From Octopus vulgaris (lineage: Eukaryota), in assembly GCA_951406725.2 (NCBI GenBank), contig OX597830.1, positions 10,850,001 through 10,914,000 on the forward strand: a stretch of DNA of 64,000 nt. The letters are read 5' to 3'. The translations under genes were made by a program, and so were the position numbers. Shown piece by piece: positions 13,400-26,881 of this stretch. The stretch's first letter is position 1. Each line of letters begins with the position of its first letter. Below the pieces are notes generated by a model, which saw only the letters and a list, made by a program, of their open reading frames with translations, ran no database searches and was not told the DNA's origin.

Positions 13400-14180
13400 T
13401 GTAAATTATATGTGAGTGTATAAATGTGAAAATGGAGTTATCATCAGGTAAAATTTTAGTCAATGCTTTGTATGTATATAAATATATCGAAAGCAAAAGT
13501 GAAATAATGATATATAGAAATAAATTCAACAAGGAAACCAAAACCCAAAACTGTATTCTTTAAACAAAACCCCTAACCATATTTGATCAGCAGTAATTTG
13601 CAAATACTTCCTTGTTGCCCTTACCCATCAAAAATGCTGTAAACAAGTGATTGGTCCATTGAAAACCTGTAACCAAGTACATTTTGGTAAACCAATTGTA
13701 ATATAAAATAACCCCAAGTTCAATTTTTCATCTCCTTAAAACAATAGAGATTATTTTTAAGCTAACCCTTTTACTGAGGAAATCAGATATATTCACTCAA
13801 AATTTCATGACCCTTAACTGCAGGAGAGTTTTATATACCAAAGTATCTTTTGTTGAGGAATGTCATGTTTGACATCATTTTTTGTTGAAATATGTCAAGT
13901 TTGTTGAGGGAATGTGAGTTGCAAAAAATATTTTTTTTTTTTAATGTCATTGCTGGAATATCCATGAAATTTAGCTTAATCTTTGTATCTGATTTGCAAG
14001 ATTCTTTATGAGAATTTGTGTGTTGAAGCATATTCTATTGTGTCTGGAGAGACTCATTCTCTTTTAGTGCCGGTTCAATTTTCATTCATTTATAATTCAT
14101 ATTTTTTCTTCTAAAATTTACATTGCTTTTGCAACCTTTGTTAATGGATGCTGAAAATTCTAGAAGAAAAAAGATATATA

Positions 14181-14540
14181 AACAAGAGCTCTCAGAGAGC
14201 ACAAACCTCCACCAAGGTAACACCAACGTCATCTCAAAGATTAGCCAGAGATGATTTTTTAAATGAGAAACCTGAAATAAACTCGACTGCTCTCACAAAA
14301 AAGAATATCAACCGCTCTCAAAAATTAAGTAAAAATACAGGAAAAATAATCCAAAATCCTGGTCCGGCACCGGATCAATCCCCAAATATAAGCAATTTGT
14401 GCCAGTCACAAGGCCAACCACCCCTGAACGTTTCATCCAAATCTATCCAATGGTTCTTGAAATATCTTGTCCATGGACAGACAAACAAACAAATGTGAAT
14501 GAAAACAATACCTCCATCTTCATTAAGGCAGAGGTAATAA
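14181..14540 (+). mobile_element. Non-autonomous Helentron-like element
   Basis: 5' aacaagagc...aaacctccaccaagg subterminal repeat, gacagacaaac microsatellite and 3' hairpin tacctccatc...ggcagaggta; this layout matches Helentron-associated elements. Confidence 0.55.
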
Positions 14541-14676
14541 TGAGTGGAAATTGAACCAGAGAGTGTGTTAGATAATAAGTCATTAAGACAATATGACTCT
14601 TCCCAGACACAACATGAAATTTAATTTCCCACTTGAAGAGTTAAAAATCAATAAAGATAATAATAATTTGACTTAC

Positions 14677-14855
14677 CGATGCCACAGTTAGCGCCGGTGA
14701 CAATGGCATATTTCCCAGTGAAATCTAACCCCTGCAACACTTGCATACCATTTGAGTTACCATCAAAGCGCTGACGGAAATCATTAGGTGTATCAACTAC
14801 TTCTTCAGCAAATGCTAGCCTGGGGTCTGTAAAAGTGGTTTTCTCATTGATGTGA
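14677..14855 (-). CDS. WWOX: WW domain-containing oxidoreductase, single internal coding exon (equivalent to vertebrate exon 4)
   Basis: Encodes (D)HINEKTTFTDPRLAFAEEVVDTPNDFRQRFDGNSNGMQVLQGLDFTGKYAIVTGANCGI(G): end of WW2 (DPRLAF), then the SDR cofactor motif TGxxxGIG. Minus-strand acceptor cttatctctttcag ends at 14856 and donor GTAAGT is at 14676-14671. Length (179 nt) and phases (2/1) match human exon 4 as I recall it. Confidence 0.95.
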
Positions 14856-14924
14856 CTGAAAGAGATAAGACGTGAATGAGTTTCCAGATTCATTTCAATA
14901 GTAAAAATATAGAAAACAATGAAT

Positions 14925-15485
14925 TTTAGGGAATTGTTCTGGAAATTTTAGGGGTACGTTCCACAAAATACTCTGTTCTACAAAATCATTTGGCTGGGGT
15001 AGATTCTGCATTCCACAAATCAGTGTTAAGAGTACATTCCAAAAAACATAATAATAGGGGTATGCTCTACAGAAACACAGTTAGAGGTAGGTTTCACAAG
15101 GCACTGTGATAAAGGTACACTTCACAAAACATAGAGTTAGGGGTATATTCCATAAAATACCATGGCACAGGTACCTCCTACAAACCCATTATGGGTACAT
15201 TCAACAAAATATGTTTGGGATATTTAGGGGTAGATTTTGCAAAACCCTAAAGGGTATGTTTCACTAAATACTTGGGAGAGGTATATTCTACAGAGCACTG
15301 TGTTAGGGGAACATTCTACAGAAATACTATGATATAAGTATGTACTACAAAATAATGTTAAAGGGGTAGGTTCCACAAAACATTTTGTTAGGGGTACATT
15401 ACAGGAAAATATTAAGTAATGAGTTCATTCTACAAAACTGAGTGAGTGGTATGTTTTACAACATACAAATATGTTGTACAAAAAT
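14925..15485. repeat. Degenerate ~28-bp minisatellite
   Basis: Roughly 18 diverged units of ttaggggtacattccacaaaatactgtg. Confidence 0.7.
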
Positions 15486-15493
15486 ACACATAT

Positions 15494-15652
15494 AGGTACA
15501 GGAGTGGCTGCCTGGTAAGTAGCTTGCTTACCAGCCACCTGGTTCTGGGTTCAGTCCCACTGGGTGGCACCTTGGACAAGTGTCTTCTACTATAGCCTTG
15601 GGCCAACCAAAGCCTTTTGAGTGGATTTGGTAGAAGGAAACTGAAAGAAGCC

Positions 15653-15691
<39 letters not shown>

Positions 15692-15856
15692 TGTGAAATA
15701 GAAAGATGAATAATCTTGTAGTAGATTAATCAAAAGTTTAACCGATACCTTAGTAGCAAAAATCACAGCAGTAAACAGCACGGTTGGAGGTACAACCATA
15801 TGGTGTTGCAACCGTGCGTTGGTGCGGATAATTGAAATTAAAATAACACCAATAAC

Positions 15857-15895
<39 letters not shown>

Positions 15896-16103
15896 ATGTG
15901 TGTGTGTGTGTGTGTGTGTGCATGCTTATGTCTGTGTTTGTCCCCCACCATCACTTGACAACTGATGCTGGTGTGTTTATGTCCCTGTAACTTAGCAGTT
16001 TGGCAAAAGAGACCGGTTGAATAAGTACTAGGCTTACAAAGAATAAGTCCTGTGGATGATTTGTTTGACTAAAGGCGGTGCTCCAGCATGGCTGCAGTCA
16101 AAT
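15494..16103 (+). mobile_element. SINE family A with nested insertion in its internal (TA)n
   Basis: Family A halves separated by the 15694-15860 element. Confidence 0.8.
15694..15860. repeat. Unclassified ~150-bp structured repeat in (TA)n; second copy at 31944-32089
   Basis: Both copies share accgatac...gtagcaaaaatcaca...gcacgg...ccgtgc...gcgga. Confidence 0.65.
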
Positions 16104-16332
16104 CTGATTTGGTATGGTTTCTACAGCTGGATGCCCTTCCTAACACACTCTGAGAGTGTAATGGGTGTTTTTTACATTCTATAAAATTATTGATTTCAAT
16201 TCTGGCACAAGGCCAGCAATTTTGGAAGAGGGGATTAAGTCAATTACATTGACCCCAGTGTTTCACTGGTACTTATTTTATCAACCCCAAAAGGATGAAA
16301 AGCAAAGTCAACCTCCATGGAATTTGAACTTA

Positions 16333-16720
16333 GGATGCTGGTGGCATGCAATAAGTACCATTCATGCGTGGGTCGTTGCTAGTTCCGCCCAACTGGCTCC
16401 CCATGCCGGTGGCACGTAAAAAGCACCATCCAAACATGGTAGATGCCATCCCCCCCACCCCGTCCCCGAAAGGTTCCTGTGCCGGTAGCACATAAAAAGC
16501 ACCATCTGAACATGGCTGATGCCAGTGCCGCCTGACTGGCTCTCGTGCCGGCGGCATATAAAAACCACCCACCACACTCTCAGAATGGTTGGCATTAGGA
16601 AGGGCACCCAGCTGTAGAAACTTTGCCAGATCAGATTGGAGCTTGGTGCAGCCTCCTGGCTTGCCAGATCCCAGTCGAGCCGTTCAACCTATGCCAGCAT
16701 GGAAAACAAACGTTAAACGA

Positions 16721-16740
<20 letters not shown>
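16333..16740 (+). mobile_element. RTE 3' UTR fragment
   Basis: gtggcacgtaaaaagcacc subrepeats, ttaggaagggca.ccagctgtagaaa and (GAT)n tail. Further fragments at about 3670-3910(+), 6085-6185(-), 17509-17660(+), 31050-31195(+) and 58815-58980(+). Confidence 0.75.
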
Positions 16741-16754
<14 letters not shown>

Positions 16755-16780
16755 GGTGGTGGTGGTGATGGTGATGATGG

Positions 16781-16814
<34 letters not shown>

Positions 16815-18877
16815 GGTGGTGATGATGATGATGATGATGATGATGAATGTAAAGACAGATGAAATGCCACTAAGCATTTTGCCCAGCATGCTAACGATTC
16901 TGCCAGCTTTCTATAAAATATTATGTGATCGGAACACTCAGCCACAACACAGCATCAGGGATAGATTTTGCAGAAACAAAACGAGATATTGAGTGGGAAT
17001 TAAGCAAGAAGAAGAAGAAGAAGAGGAAGCTAAAAACACTATCATATTTGTTTTTAACAGCAGATAAAATTAGTCAAAACAGCAGACTAATAGAACTACA
17101 CTCAGATAGAAGCAACAAAATTTGGTAAACAACAGAAGATAAAGAAATAGATATCTGCAAAAACAAAAATTTTTAAATAGATAAATATTTAGCTTTGCAA
17201 TCAATGTTCTTTGAAGAATATATCTGAAGAATTTTCTTTGTTGAATTTAAAAGCAACTGAGATATCACTAGTGACTTTCAGACAAAATTCAAAGAATGAC
17301 CAGAGACTCTGTGACTAGGTTCTGTAGTTAAGAAGTCAGCTTCACAATGACAAGGTTTCACGTTCAATCCCATTGCACGGTACATAGAGAAAGTCTTAGC
17401 ATCGCCTCAAGCCAACCGATGCCTTTAAAGTGAATTTGGTAAATAGAGTCTGTTGTCTTAAGCTTTCCTTGCTTCCAAACCATATTATTTCAGATTCAAC
17501 CAAAGTCCTTGAGTGGTTGGCGTTAGGAAGGGCATCCAGCTGTAGAAACACTGCCAGATCTGACTGGCCTGGTGCAGCCTTCGGGCTTCCCAGACCCCAG
17601 TTGAACCGTCCAACCCATGCTAGCATGGAAAGCGGATGCTAAACGATGATGATGATGATGATATGGCAGCATAGGCCCAAGAACAGGGGTCACAGGGGAT
17701 GTGACCAAAATATTTCGGTGATGCAAAATCAAAATTTGCAGCTCTACTTACTTTTCTCAGGTTTAGAAAACAGTGCATAAAAGGTGATCTGTAGCTCAAA
17801 GTTAGGTTTCTACTCAAAGAACAGAAAACAAAAATACATTTTTAAAAAAAGTCCTTGTTTGTAAAAATATTTTGGACCTGGGTTTGGATCCTCAAAACAA
17901 CTTTCGTTCCTGAACCAGTGTATGGCACACTTCTTTATGTTTAAATCTACGAAATCTATTCTCAAGGCTTTGCCAGACTGGAGCTAAAGCAGCATACACT
18001 ATCCCAAAGTGGCAAACAGAAGGATTGAACTCAAAACCACATGGTTATGAGACAAAATTTTAAACCGCACAGCCTCACCCACACCTCTGACTAAGCTAAC
18101 TTTTAGTAAAATTATACTAAAAGCAATTCTTTATTTCCTCGAGTCATTTTGTATTTCATATTATAATCTTTTTATATTCTTAAAAATAAACATTGATTGC
18201 AATTTATTTGGTTGTTTTAAAGTTAATTATGGATAATAGAGAAGATTTAATGAGAAAGAGAGACACGGGGTGAATAATTTCTTGTTTTCTTAATAGAATT
18301 TCAATGAAATCCTGTTGCTGTCTTTGAGTTGGTGAGTTTCAATTGTTGAATTGAATTTAATAAAGTTACTTTGCTAATCAAAGAAAAGGAAATTTAATCA
18401 CGGTTCCTTAACTTTTAATGCGTATTACATGAGAAGTTATGAGGAAAAGAGGAAAATGAGAATATGTGAGACGTTATAGGTAACACAAGTACAATGAGAT
18501 ATCTGTATTTGAGTGTGAAATCAAAGCAAAGTTACTAATTAGATACACTCAGAGTTTAACTGTTTCTCAGGAGAATTCATCATAAAATAATAATTATAAA
18601 CAGGTGGGTGGGTGGGTGGTGGAGAGGAGCTTGCTTCCCAATCACATGGTTTTTCAGTTCAGTTCTACTGTGTGGCACCTTGGGCAAGTATTTTCTACTA
18701 TAGCTTAGGGCCAACAAAAGACTTGTGGATGGATTTGGTAGACAGAAATTCAAGGAAGCTCATTGGACACACACACACACACACATCACACACACATATA
18801 TATATATATGTATGTATGTATGTATATGTATATATGTGTGTGTGTATATATATATATATATACATACATATATCATT

Positions 18878-20113
18878 ATCATCATCGTTTAACATCCATT
18901 TTCCATGCTGGCATGGGTTGGACGGTTTGACTGGGGACTCACAAGCCAGGAGGCTGCACCAGGTTCCAATCTGATCTGGCAGTGCTTCTACAGCTGGATG
19001 TCCTTCCTAATGCCAACCACTCTGAGAGTGTAGCGGGTGCTTTTTATGTGCCACCAGCATTGGAGCCAATCAGGCGGGACTGGCGTCGGCCCTGTTTGGA
19101 TTATTCATTTTACGTACTTCTGGCACAGGAGCCAGTCAGGGCAGGGAGGCTGGCATCAACCATGTTCAGATGGTGCTTTTTACATGCCGCCAGCATGGGG
19201 AGCCAGTCATGTGACACTGGCATCGGCCACAACTACAATTCCATTTGATTGTGATTTGATTTGATTTTGACTTTACTTGACTCAATGGGTCTCCTCAAGC
19301 ATGGAAAGTCACCCGACGATTCAAAGGTACTTTTATAATGGGATGGTTATGTGACACTGGTGTAGGCTATGGCTGCGATCTCACTTTACCTGCCAGGTCT
19401 TCTCAATCACAGCATATCTCCAGAGGTTTCGGTCTTTTGTCATTGCCTCTGTGAGGCCCAACATTGGAAGGTCATGCTTCACCACCTCACCCCATGTCTT
19501 CCTGGGTCTCCCTCAACCACGGGTTCCTTCCACAGTTAGGGTAGGACATTTCTTCACAAAGCTCTATTCATCTATACGCAGCACATGACCATACCAGCGC
19601 AGTTGTCCCTCTTGTACACCACATCTGATGCTTCTTATGTCCAACATTACTGCCAGGGCCACACTAAAATTACACATGCAGCAGGTCATACTAACTTCAT
19701 TGTTTTCAAGGCTACGCATGTCTTCAGCAGTCATGGCCCATTTTTCACTGCCATGTAGCACGGCAGTTCACCTACATGCATCATGCAATTTACCTTTCAC
19801 TCTGAGCGAGAGGCCCTTTGTCACCAGCAGTGGTAAGAGCTTTCTGAACTTTGCCCAGGCTATTCTTATTCTAGTGGCAATGCTTTCTGAGCATCCACCC
19901 CCACTACAGACTTGGTCACCTAGGTAGCGGAAGCTATCAACTATTTCTAGTTTCTCCCCCTGGCATGTGATGGAATCAGTTTTCTGAGCATCTGAGGTGT
20001 TTATTGCCCCTATACATCTGCTGCACACAAAAGCTATCTTCCCGGTTAACTTTCCTTTGATGTTGCTGCACCTCTTATGCATCCATTGCTTACACTGGGT
20101 ACATCTTATGGAG
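18878..20113 (-). mobile_element. 5'-truncated RTE-clade LINE (RT C-terminus plus 3' UTR and (GAT)n tail)
   Basis: LEIVDSFRYLG...RIRIAWAKFRKLLPLL...MLHGSEKW...LRWYGHVLR with frameshifts; the 3' UTR ends ggaaaatggatgttaaacgatgatgat. Confidence 0.85.
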
Positions 20114-20115
20114 AA

Positions 20116-20156
<41 letters not shown>

Positions 20157-20276
20157 GTATGTATATACCAGAGTAAGCACATAAATGTGAAACAAGGTGG
20201 GAAAAGTAGTACTCAAATAGCAGAGATAGAGTAATATGCTTTATTAATAAAGTATATATACATATAATATATATAT

Positions 20277-20313
<37 letters not shown>

Positions 20314-20398
20314 CAGATATATACATACATATATTTATTCATACATATATATATACATATATATATATACATATATATATATATACATATATATATAC

Positions 20399-20433
<35 letters not shown>

Positions 20434-20477
20434 CATACATATATACATACATATATACATACATATATATATACATA

Positions 20478-20695
20478 TCAATATGTGACCAAGTATGTAT
20501 CGTTGGTGATTTTTCTTCCACAATCTTCCCTTCCTTGGATCTTTCCTTTTCCTATATTTCTGACGAAGAGCTCTTTTGAAACATTAAATCCTCCTTCTTT
20601 CTTTCCTTTCTGGAACATCCAATAACACTATACTTGTTCCACGTCCTCACGTTGTTGTGTTTTCTCTTTATGTTTTCATGTTTGGATTAACTTTA
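20478..20695 (+). mobile_element. Penelope-like/retrozyme-type short repeat with degenerate minimal HHR, copy 2
   Basis: Same family as 2741-2952; CUGACGA-agagc...GAAAC at 20560-20582; flanked by TA-rich microsatellite. Confidence 0.6.
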
Positions 20696-20791
20696 TATAT
20701 ACATGTATATATATACATATATATGCATATATATGTATATGTATATATGTATATATACATATATATGCATACATACATATACATATATATG

Positions 20792-20837
<46 letters not shown>

Positions 20838-21779
20838 CATGTTATCAGCTGCAACATAATGATGATGATGATGACAATGATAATAATGGTGATGATAATA
20901 ATGAAGATGATGATGATGATGATGATGATAATGGCAACGATGATGATGGTGATGATGATTTTTCTCACTATGAGTGCACAAGACCATTTTTTGTTTTTTC
21001 GGTTAAGATAGATCTCAGCAAAATAGTGTTACCTCTTCACCTTCATTATTTTTAATTGTTTTTGTTTTTTTTCCCACATTTGTCTACAATTTAAAATTTT
21101 AAATTAATAAATCTGACACATTTTCCATAAATTAAATTACGTAAAGGAGAAAACTAAAATCAAATAAATTTTAAAAGAAAAAACAAACTTGATAATTGTT
21201 TAAATTTTAATTAAATTACAACGAAAATAATAATTAAAAACACAAATGTAAATCAATAAAATATTTATTTTTATTTCTAAATTTTAATTTTCAGATGAAA
21301 ATTCTTATTTGATATTTCATACATTTAAAGTTGGAGTTTATGAAAAATTATTTAGTTTCATTATTTTAAAATTTCAAAGCTAAATAATGATTCAAAGCTA
21401 CAGAGATTAGCTTCCATTTGGTTCCTTGGTTCCACTCCCTCTATCGGCCAAGAGATCCTTGTCTTCTGAGCTCATGTGTGCTGGGGCCACATATAGGGCA
21501 CCCAGTACACTCTGTAAAGCAGTCGGTGTTAGGAAGGGCATCCAGCCATAGAAACCTTGACAAAACAAACAAGCTGTTTGTCTAAAAGGCTGCACAGTAA
21601 GATTGAACCTGGAATCCCATAGTTTTGAAATAAGCTTCTGAATCACATGAACATACTTGTGGTCATAGATCTTGAGAAACAGGATAAATCCAATTGGTTT
21701 GCATGGATTGGATTGAACCAATATTCTTTGGGACTGAAGCCAGTTACTCTAATCCATGTCACTTCCTCTTGTAGGTATG

Positions 21780-22520
21780 GAGAAAGAAGAAGCAAGGACA
21801 GAAGAGGAGGAAAAGAGGGAATAGCAGAGAGAGAGGGGGAGGGAGGGAATGGATAGCAGAGGGAGATAGGAAAGCAGAGAGAGAGAGAGAGAGAGAGGAT
21901 ATGAGACAGAGAGAGAGAAGGAGAGAGAGAGGTAACAGAGAAAGAGAGAGAGAGTAAGGATAGCAGAGAGAGGGAGAGAGAGAGGGAATGGATTAGCAGA
22001 GGGAGATAGGAAAGCAGAGAGAGAGAGGATAGCAGAGAGAGAGAGACAGACAGAGGCTAGAAGAGAGAGAGAGAGGATAGCAGACAGTGCAAGAGAAGGA
22101 GAGAGAGAGGATAACAGAGAAAGAGAGAGAGTAAGGATAGCAGAGAGAGAGAGAGAGAGGGAATGGATTAGCAGAGGGAGATAGGAAAGCAGAGAGAGAG
22201 AGGATAGCAGAGAGAGAGAGACAGACAGAGGCTAGCAGAGAGAGAGAGGCTAGAAGAGAGAGAGAGAGGATAGCAGACAGTGCAAGAGAAGGAGAGAGAG
22301 AGGATAACAGAGAAAGAGAGAGAGTAAGGATAGCAGAGAGAGAGCTAGGCTAGCAGAGAGAGAGAGAGAGAGAGGGAATGGATAGCAGAGGAAGGTAGGA
22401 AAGCAGAGAAAGAGAGAGGGGATAGTAGAGTGAGAGAGAGGAAGAGAGAGCAGGGGAGAGAGAGAGAGCTGGAGAGAGAGAGGGGGATAGTAGAGTAAGA
22501 GAGCAGGGGAGAGAGAGAGA
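21780..22520. repeat. (GA)n-derived compound repeat with ~190-bp internal duplication
   Basis: The block gggaatggattagcagagggagataggaaagcag...gacagtgcaagag is repeated. Confidence 0.85.
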
Positions 22521-24689
22521 CTGCTATGAAAACATATTTATGAATGTATTTCCACTTAAGGCAACTTACTCGACATAATACACGGTGCCGTCCTCTGAAA
22601 TCTTCATTTCCCATCCGTGCGGCAAATCTAGAATGCAAGACAATTACAAAGTTGATCAATGTCTAAGTTACAACAAAATAATCGAAAACAATTTCGAATA
22701 CGAAGTGCAGGCAAAAACAAATACAACAACAAACATAAAAGAACAATTAAAAAAACAAAAAACAAATAGAAGTAAAAAAAAAATATATACATGGTATTGA
22801 TTTTTTGCTAGGCTTGCATAATTAGTAGACAAGTTTCCAGTGCATTTATTCCTTGGAATAATTTAATTGAATAGTAGTTCAAATGAGCTTCCCAAAATAT
22901 TGATAATTATATTTGCTGATAATGAAAAGTTAATGATACTGTGATAGGATAAATGGTAATGATGAGAGACAAGTTTGAAACGCTGGGCCACATGTACTAA
23001 ACTATCTCAGCTACCGATGTACGCAGCAACTAGTAATTGTTGTAAACAAAACAGAGGCTGCAGTGGCAACAACAACAATGACAACAACAGCTGCATCAAC
23101 AATTGCAGAATGGTTCTACAGAGGTGATGGTCTGCAAAAGATGGGTGCAGCAAGCAATAGTGTAATGAGTGAAGTGCAGTGAAGAAATTTAAGGCTTTGT
23201 TGACAATGAAAATATTTTTTTATCTCAACAGAAAGGATTGGCTGAGCAATGGCTGTTTTAGGCACAAAATTAAATCTATCAATGAACAATATCGATTGGT
23301 TTGTTTTCTTCTACTAAAACCAGAAGGTTGTACAGTAAAGGGAAGCTTTTCTCATTAAAGGGACTGAAATAATACCTCAATCACTGGATAGGACACAGAC
23401 TTGTTATTGCAAATTTGGCCCACTGATCAACCCTCAACACTACTCCATTTCAACAGTTGTCACCTACTCTCCCCTCTTTGCCATCCCTCGATATTTATTC
23501 TTCAGTATATTCACCCCCTTGCCCATTCCCCATCTCCAAGCATTTCCCCTTTTCTCACATACCTTGTGCAATCTCTACCCTAACCCATACTTCCACATAC
23601 CCTCTATTTATACACTGGAGTTAAGGGATACAGACATGGAAGCAGTGGACTGATGCAGTAATAGTTCTTGTGATGAAGGGTATAAGGGTACTACTACTCG
23701 CACCGACATTCACCTGGGATGCGTTGAGCTGGCTCTGACCAATGATCTTACCATGTCCTTCACAAATGCTGACCACATCCAATGGTTAACCACAGTCTAG
23801 GCTTTAATGGATACCCACTCATGGTTCCACTACCAAAGACCATAGACATGGGGGCCTGATTGTGCTTCCACGTATGTCTTTACAAATGCCAGCCATGCAT
23901 TTAGTTGTCCTCCAGTTTGCTTGTACCACCCTGGGTGAGGAGCCAGGTTGACTGTTTTGTGAGTGAATTCCTCTGGAGGCTGACAGAGAGCCTGGCCAAG
24001 CCACCCTAGACATCTTGTCAGTAGAGTTGATGCAGCAGTGTTGTCATATTTCAGGGTTCGAAATGAGGCCTAACAGAAACCCCAAACATGAATTGTAGGC
24101 TTCTAACACTGTATAGATGTGGAAGCAGAGGTGATGGAGACGATGGTGGATGGATGTGGTGAGGCTGTGGGAATTGGCAGAGATAAGAATGATGGAGATA
24201 AGATGGTAGAGGCAATGATAAAGAAGAAGGTACGTAATAGGGATGATAGTGGGTAGGGATGTGAAGATGAGACTGATAGTGGACAAAGGTAGTGGAGGTG
24301 AGAGTGGAAGATATGAAGTGGAGTAGATGTAGTGGAGGTAGCAATGATGGAAATAAGGTTGTGGTCGAGACAGCTATGATGGGCATGGCATAGGTAGTTG
24401 TGGTGACAGGAAGAGAAATGGGGACAATGTTGGCAGTGGTGGAGATAAATCTGGTAAAGGTAACTTCAAGGGAGACAGTGGTGAGTAGATGCAGTGGAGG
24501 TAAGAATGATGGAGATGGTGGCCGGATGGCTCTGGTGGAGGTTAGCTTGATGGTGAGGGTGGTGAGTAGATGGGGTGGGGATCACCAGGATGGAAAAGGT
24601 TGTGGGTAGAAATGGTAGAGGTGGAAGGGATGGATATGATGGCAGGTAGAAGTTGAGACAGGAAGGATGCTGGAGAGCGATAAATAATA

Positions 24690-24952
24690 AAATAAATGCA
24701 CCCTTTTCAAGCCTAGCCAGGCTCATGGGCCCGGTTTCCCGGTTTCTATGGCGTATATGTTCCCCAGCTGGATGGGACACCAGTCCATCACAGCGTTACT
24801 CATTTTTGCCAGCTGAGGAGACTGCAGCAATGTGAAATGAAGTATTTTGCTCAAGAACACAATGCATCGCGCAGTCCAGGTATCGAAACCACAATCTTAC
24901 AATCTCACAATCATGATGCTGACACCCTAACCACTAAGCCACGCGCCTCCAA
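24690..24952 (-). mobile_element. tRNA-derived SINE family E
   Basis: Minus strand: gaggcgcgtggcttagtggttaggg (A-box)...ggtttcgatacc (B-box)...gtgttcttgagcaaaatac. Related pieces at about 37535-37675 and 49840-49980. Confidence 0.7.
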
Positions 24953-25248
24953 GCTGGAGAGTGATGCCAGTGGGTAAATATTGATCTGGTGGAGGTTACC
25001 ATTATAGACATGACGGAGGTTGCTATGAAGGAAATGGCAGTGAACAAATATGGCAAAAGTAGCAGTAATGGAGGAGGTGGTGGGCAGTATGAGTATAAGC
25101 ACAAACAAGGCTGGGTGGGTAAGAAGCTTGCTTCCAAACCGCAAGATACCAAGTTCAGTCCTATAATTATATACATATATACAAACAGGGATTATAATTG
25201 TCTGAAAACAACATTCAAGAATTTCATATACTGAATTCAGTTTTTACC

Positions 25249-25326
<78 letters not shown>

Positions 25327-25328
<2 letters not shown>

Positions 25329-25531
25329 TTTTATTTGTTTCAGTCATTTGACTGCGGCCATGCTGGAGCACCACATTTAATTCACCAAATCGACCCCAGG
25401 ACTTATTCTTTGAAAGCCTAGCCTAGCACTTATTCTATCAGTCTCCTTTGCCGAACCGCTAAGTTACGGAAACGTAGACATACCAGCATTGATTGACAAG
25501 CGATGGTGGGGAGACAAACACAGACACACCA

Positions 25532-25564
<33 letters not shown>

Positions 25565-25733
25565 CATATATAAGACGGGCTTCTTTCAGCTTCCATCTAC
25601 CAAATCCACTCACAAGGCTTTGGTCGGCCTGAGGCTATAGTAGAAGACACATACCCAAGATGCCACGCAGTGGGACTGAACCCGGAACTATGTAGTTGAT
25701 AAGCAAGCTACTTACCACACAGCCACACCTGCA

Positions 25734-25773
<40 letters not shown>

Positions 25774-25942
25774 CATATAAAAAAACTATGGGCTTTCAGT
25801 TTCTGCCTACAAAATCCACTCACAAGGTTTTGGTCGGCCCGAGAGTACAGTAGAAGACAATTGCCCAAGATGCTGTGTAACGGGACTGAACCTAAAACCA
25901 TGTGGTTGGGAAGCAAGCTTCTTACCGCACAGCCACGCCTGT
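25327..25942 (-). mobile_element. SINE family A: one full copy (25327-25735) plus a 5' half copy (25790-25942)
   Basis: Reverse complement of the family A sequence. Confidence 0.8.
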
Positions 25943-26710
25943 GTATATATATACATATATATAGTGGAGCTAACAGGGGATGTTTTAGTAGAAACAGCAG
26001 AAGCACCTGTTAACCTTCAAGTATGAGTTTTATTTTGAAACACACTAAACGGGTTGAAACACTGGAGCTCATTAGATGAGATGATAGATAGCTGGTATTT
26101 AACATCTTCAAATACACAGTATGTTCCTTTTGTGCACCACCCACAACGTGGAGTACAAGTACTAAGGAGAGAAAAACACAATGAAATGTACAGATGCCCC
26201 ACCCGGATGTCTATTACAATAATAATATTAATAATAATAATAATCATTTTACTTCATAAGGAGACACTTACAAAGTGAGAATTAGTGGAGCAACAGGCGT
26301 TGTTTATATGTTTTTACCAACGAGGGTGAACCATTAACCAGCCAATCAGAGCTGTTTGATCTCAATTGTGGTGGCTTCTGACTCAAAAAAGGTCTTCAAA
26401 TATACAGAATTTTGGAATTACAAAAGCATTTGACAATTCCTCTCGCAGGCAAGTCCTTAAAGAATTTTGGGTGTCAGCCAAACAGCTGATGTCTCCTTAT
26501 TTTTTTTTGTCTTCCCAAATGCCCGGTAGTAAACAACATAGACGATTAGTTCTGACACTTGTTTACATGTACACACACACTGATGTGTGCGTGTGTGTCT
26601 GTGTGATGTATAATATCTGAATAGTTATAACATCATATAAAATATATACACATATAAATATATATACACAAACACACACACACATATATATATACATACA
26701 CATATATACA

Positions 26711-26770
<60 letters not shown>

Positions 26771-26844
26771 TACATATGCACACACACACATATATATATA
26801 TATACACATATATACATACATATATATATATATAATTACATATG

Positions 26845-26881
<37 letters not shown>

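Noticed and set aside
17752-17788. Possible 37-nt minus-strand exon (ctacag...gtaagt)
   Set aside because: No frame resembles the expected WWOX WW2 exon and the polypyrimidine tract is weak.
23640-24015. Possible Gypsy integrase zinc-finger remnant on the minus strand
   Set aside because: Only faint IHS..QPG...ICKDIR similarity without the HHCC cysteines; needs an HMM search.
26017-26163. Minus-strand acceptor followed by CGWC...CVF...LQC, superficially plexin-like
   Set aside because: PSI cysteine spacing is incomplete, the frame ends in a stop and no partner exons are seen.
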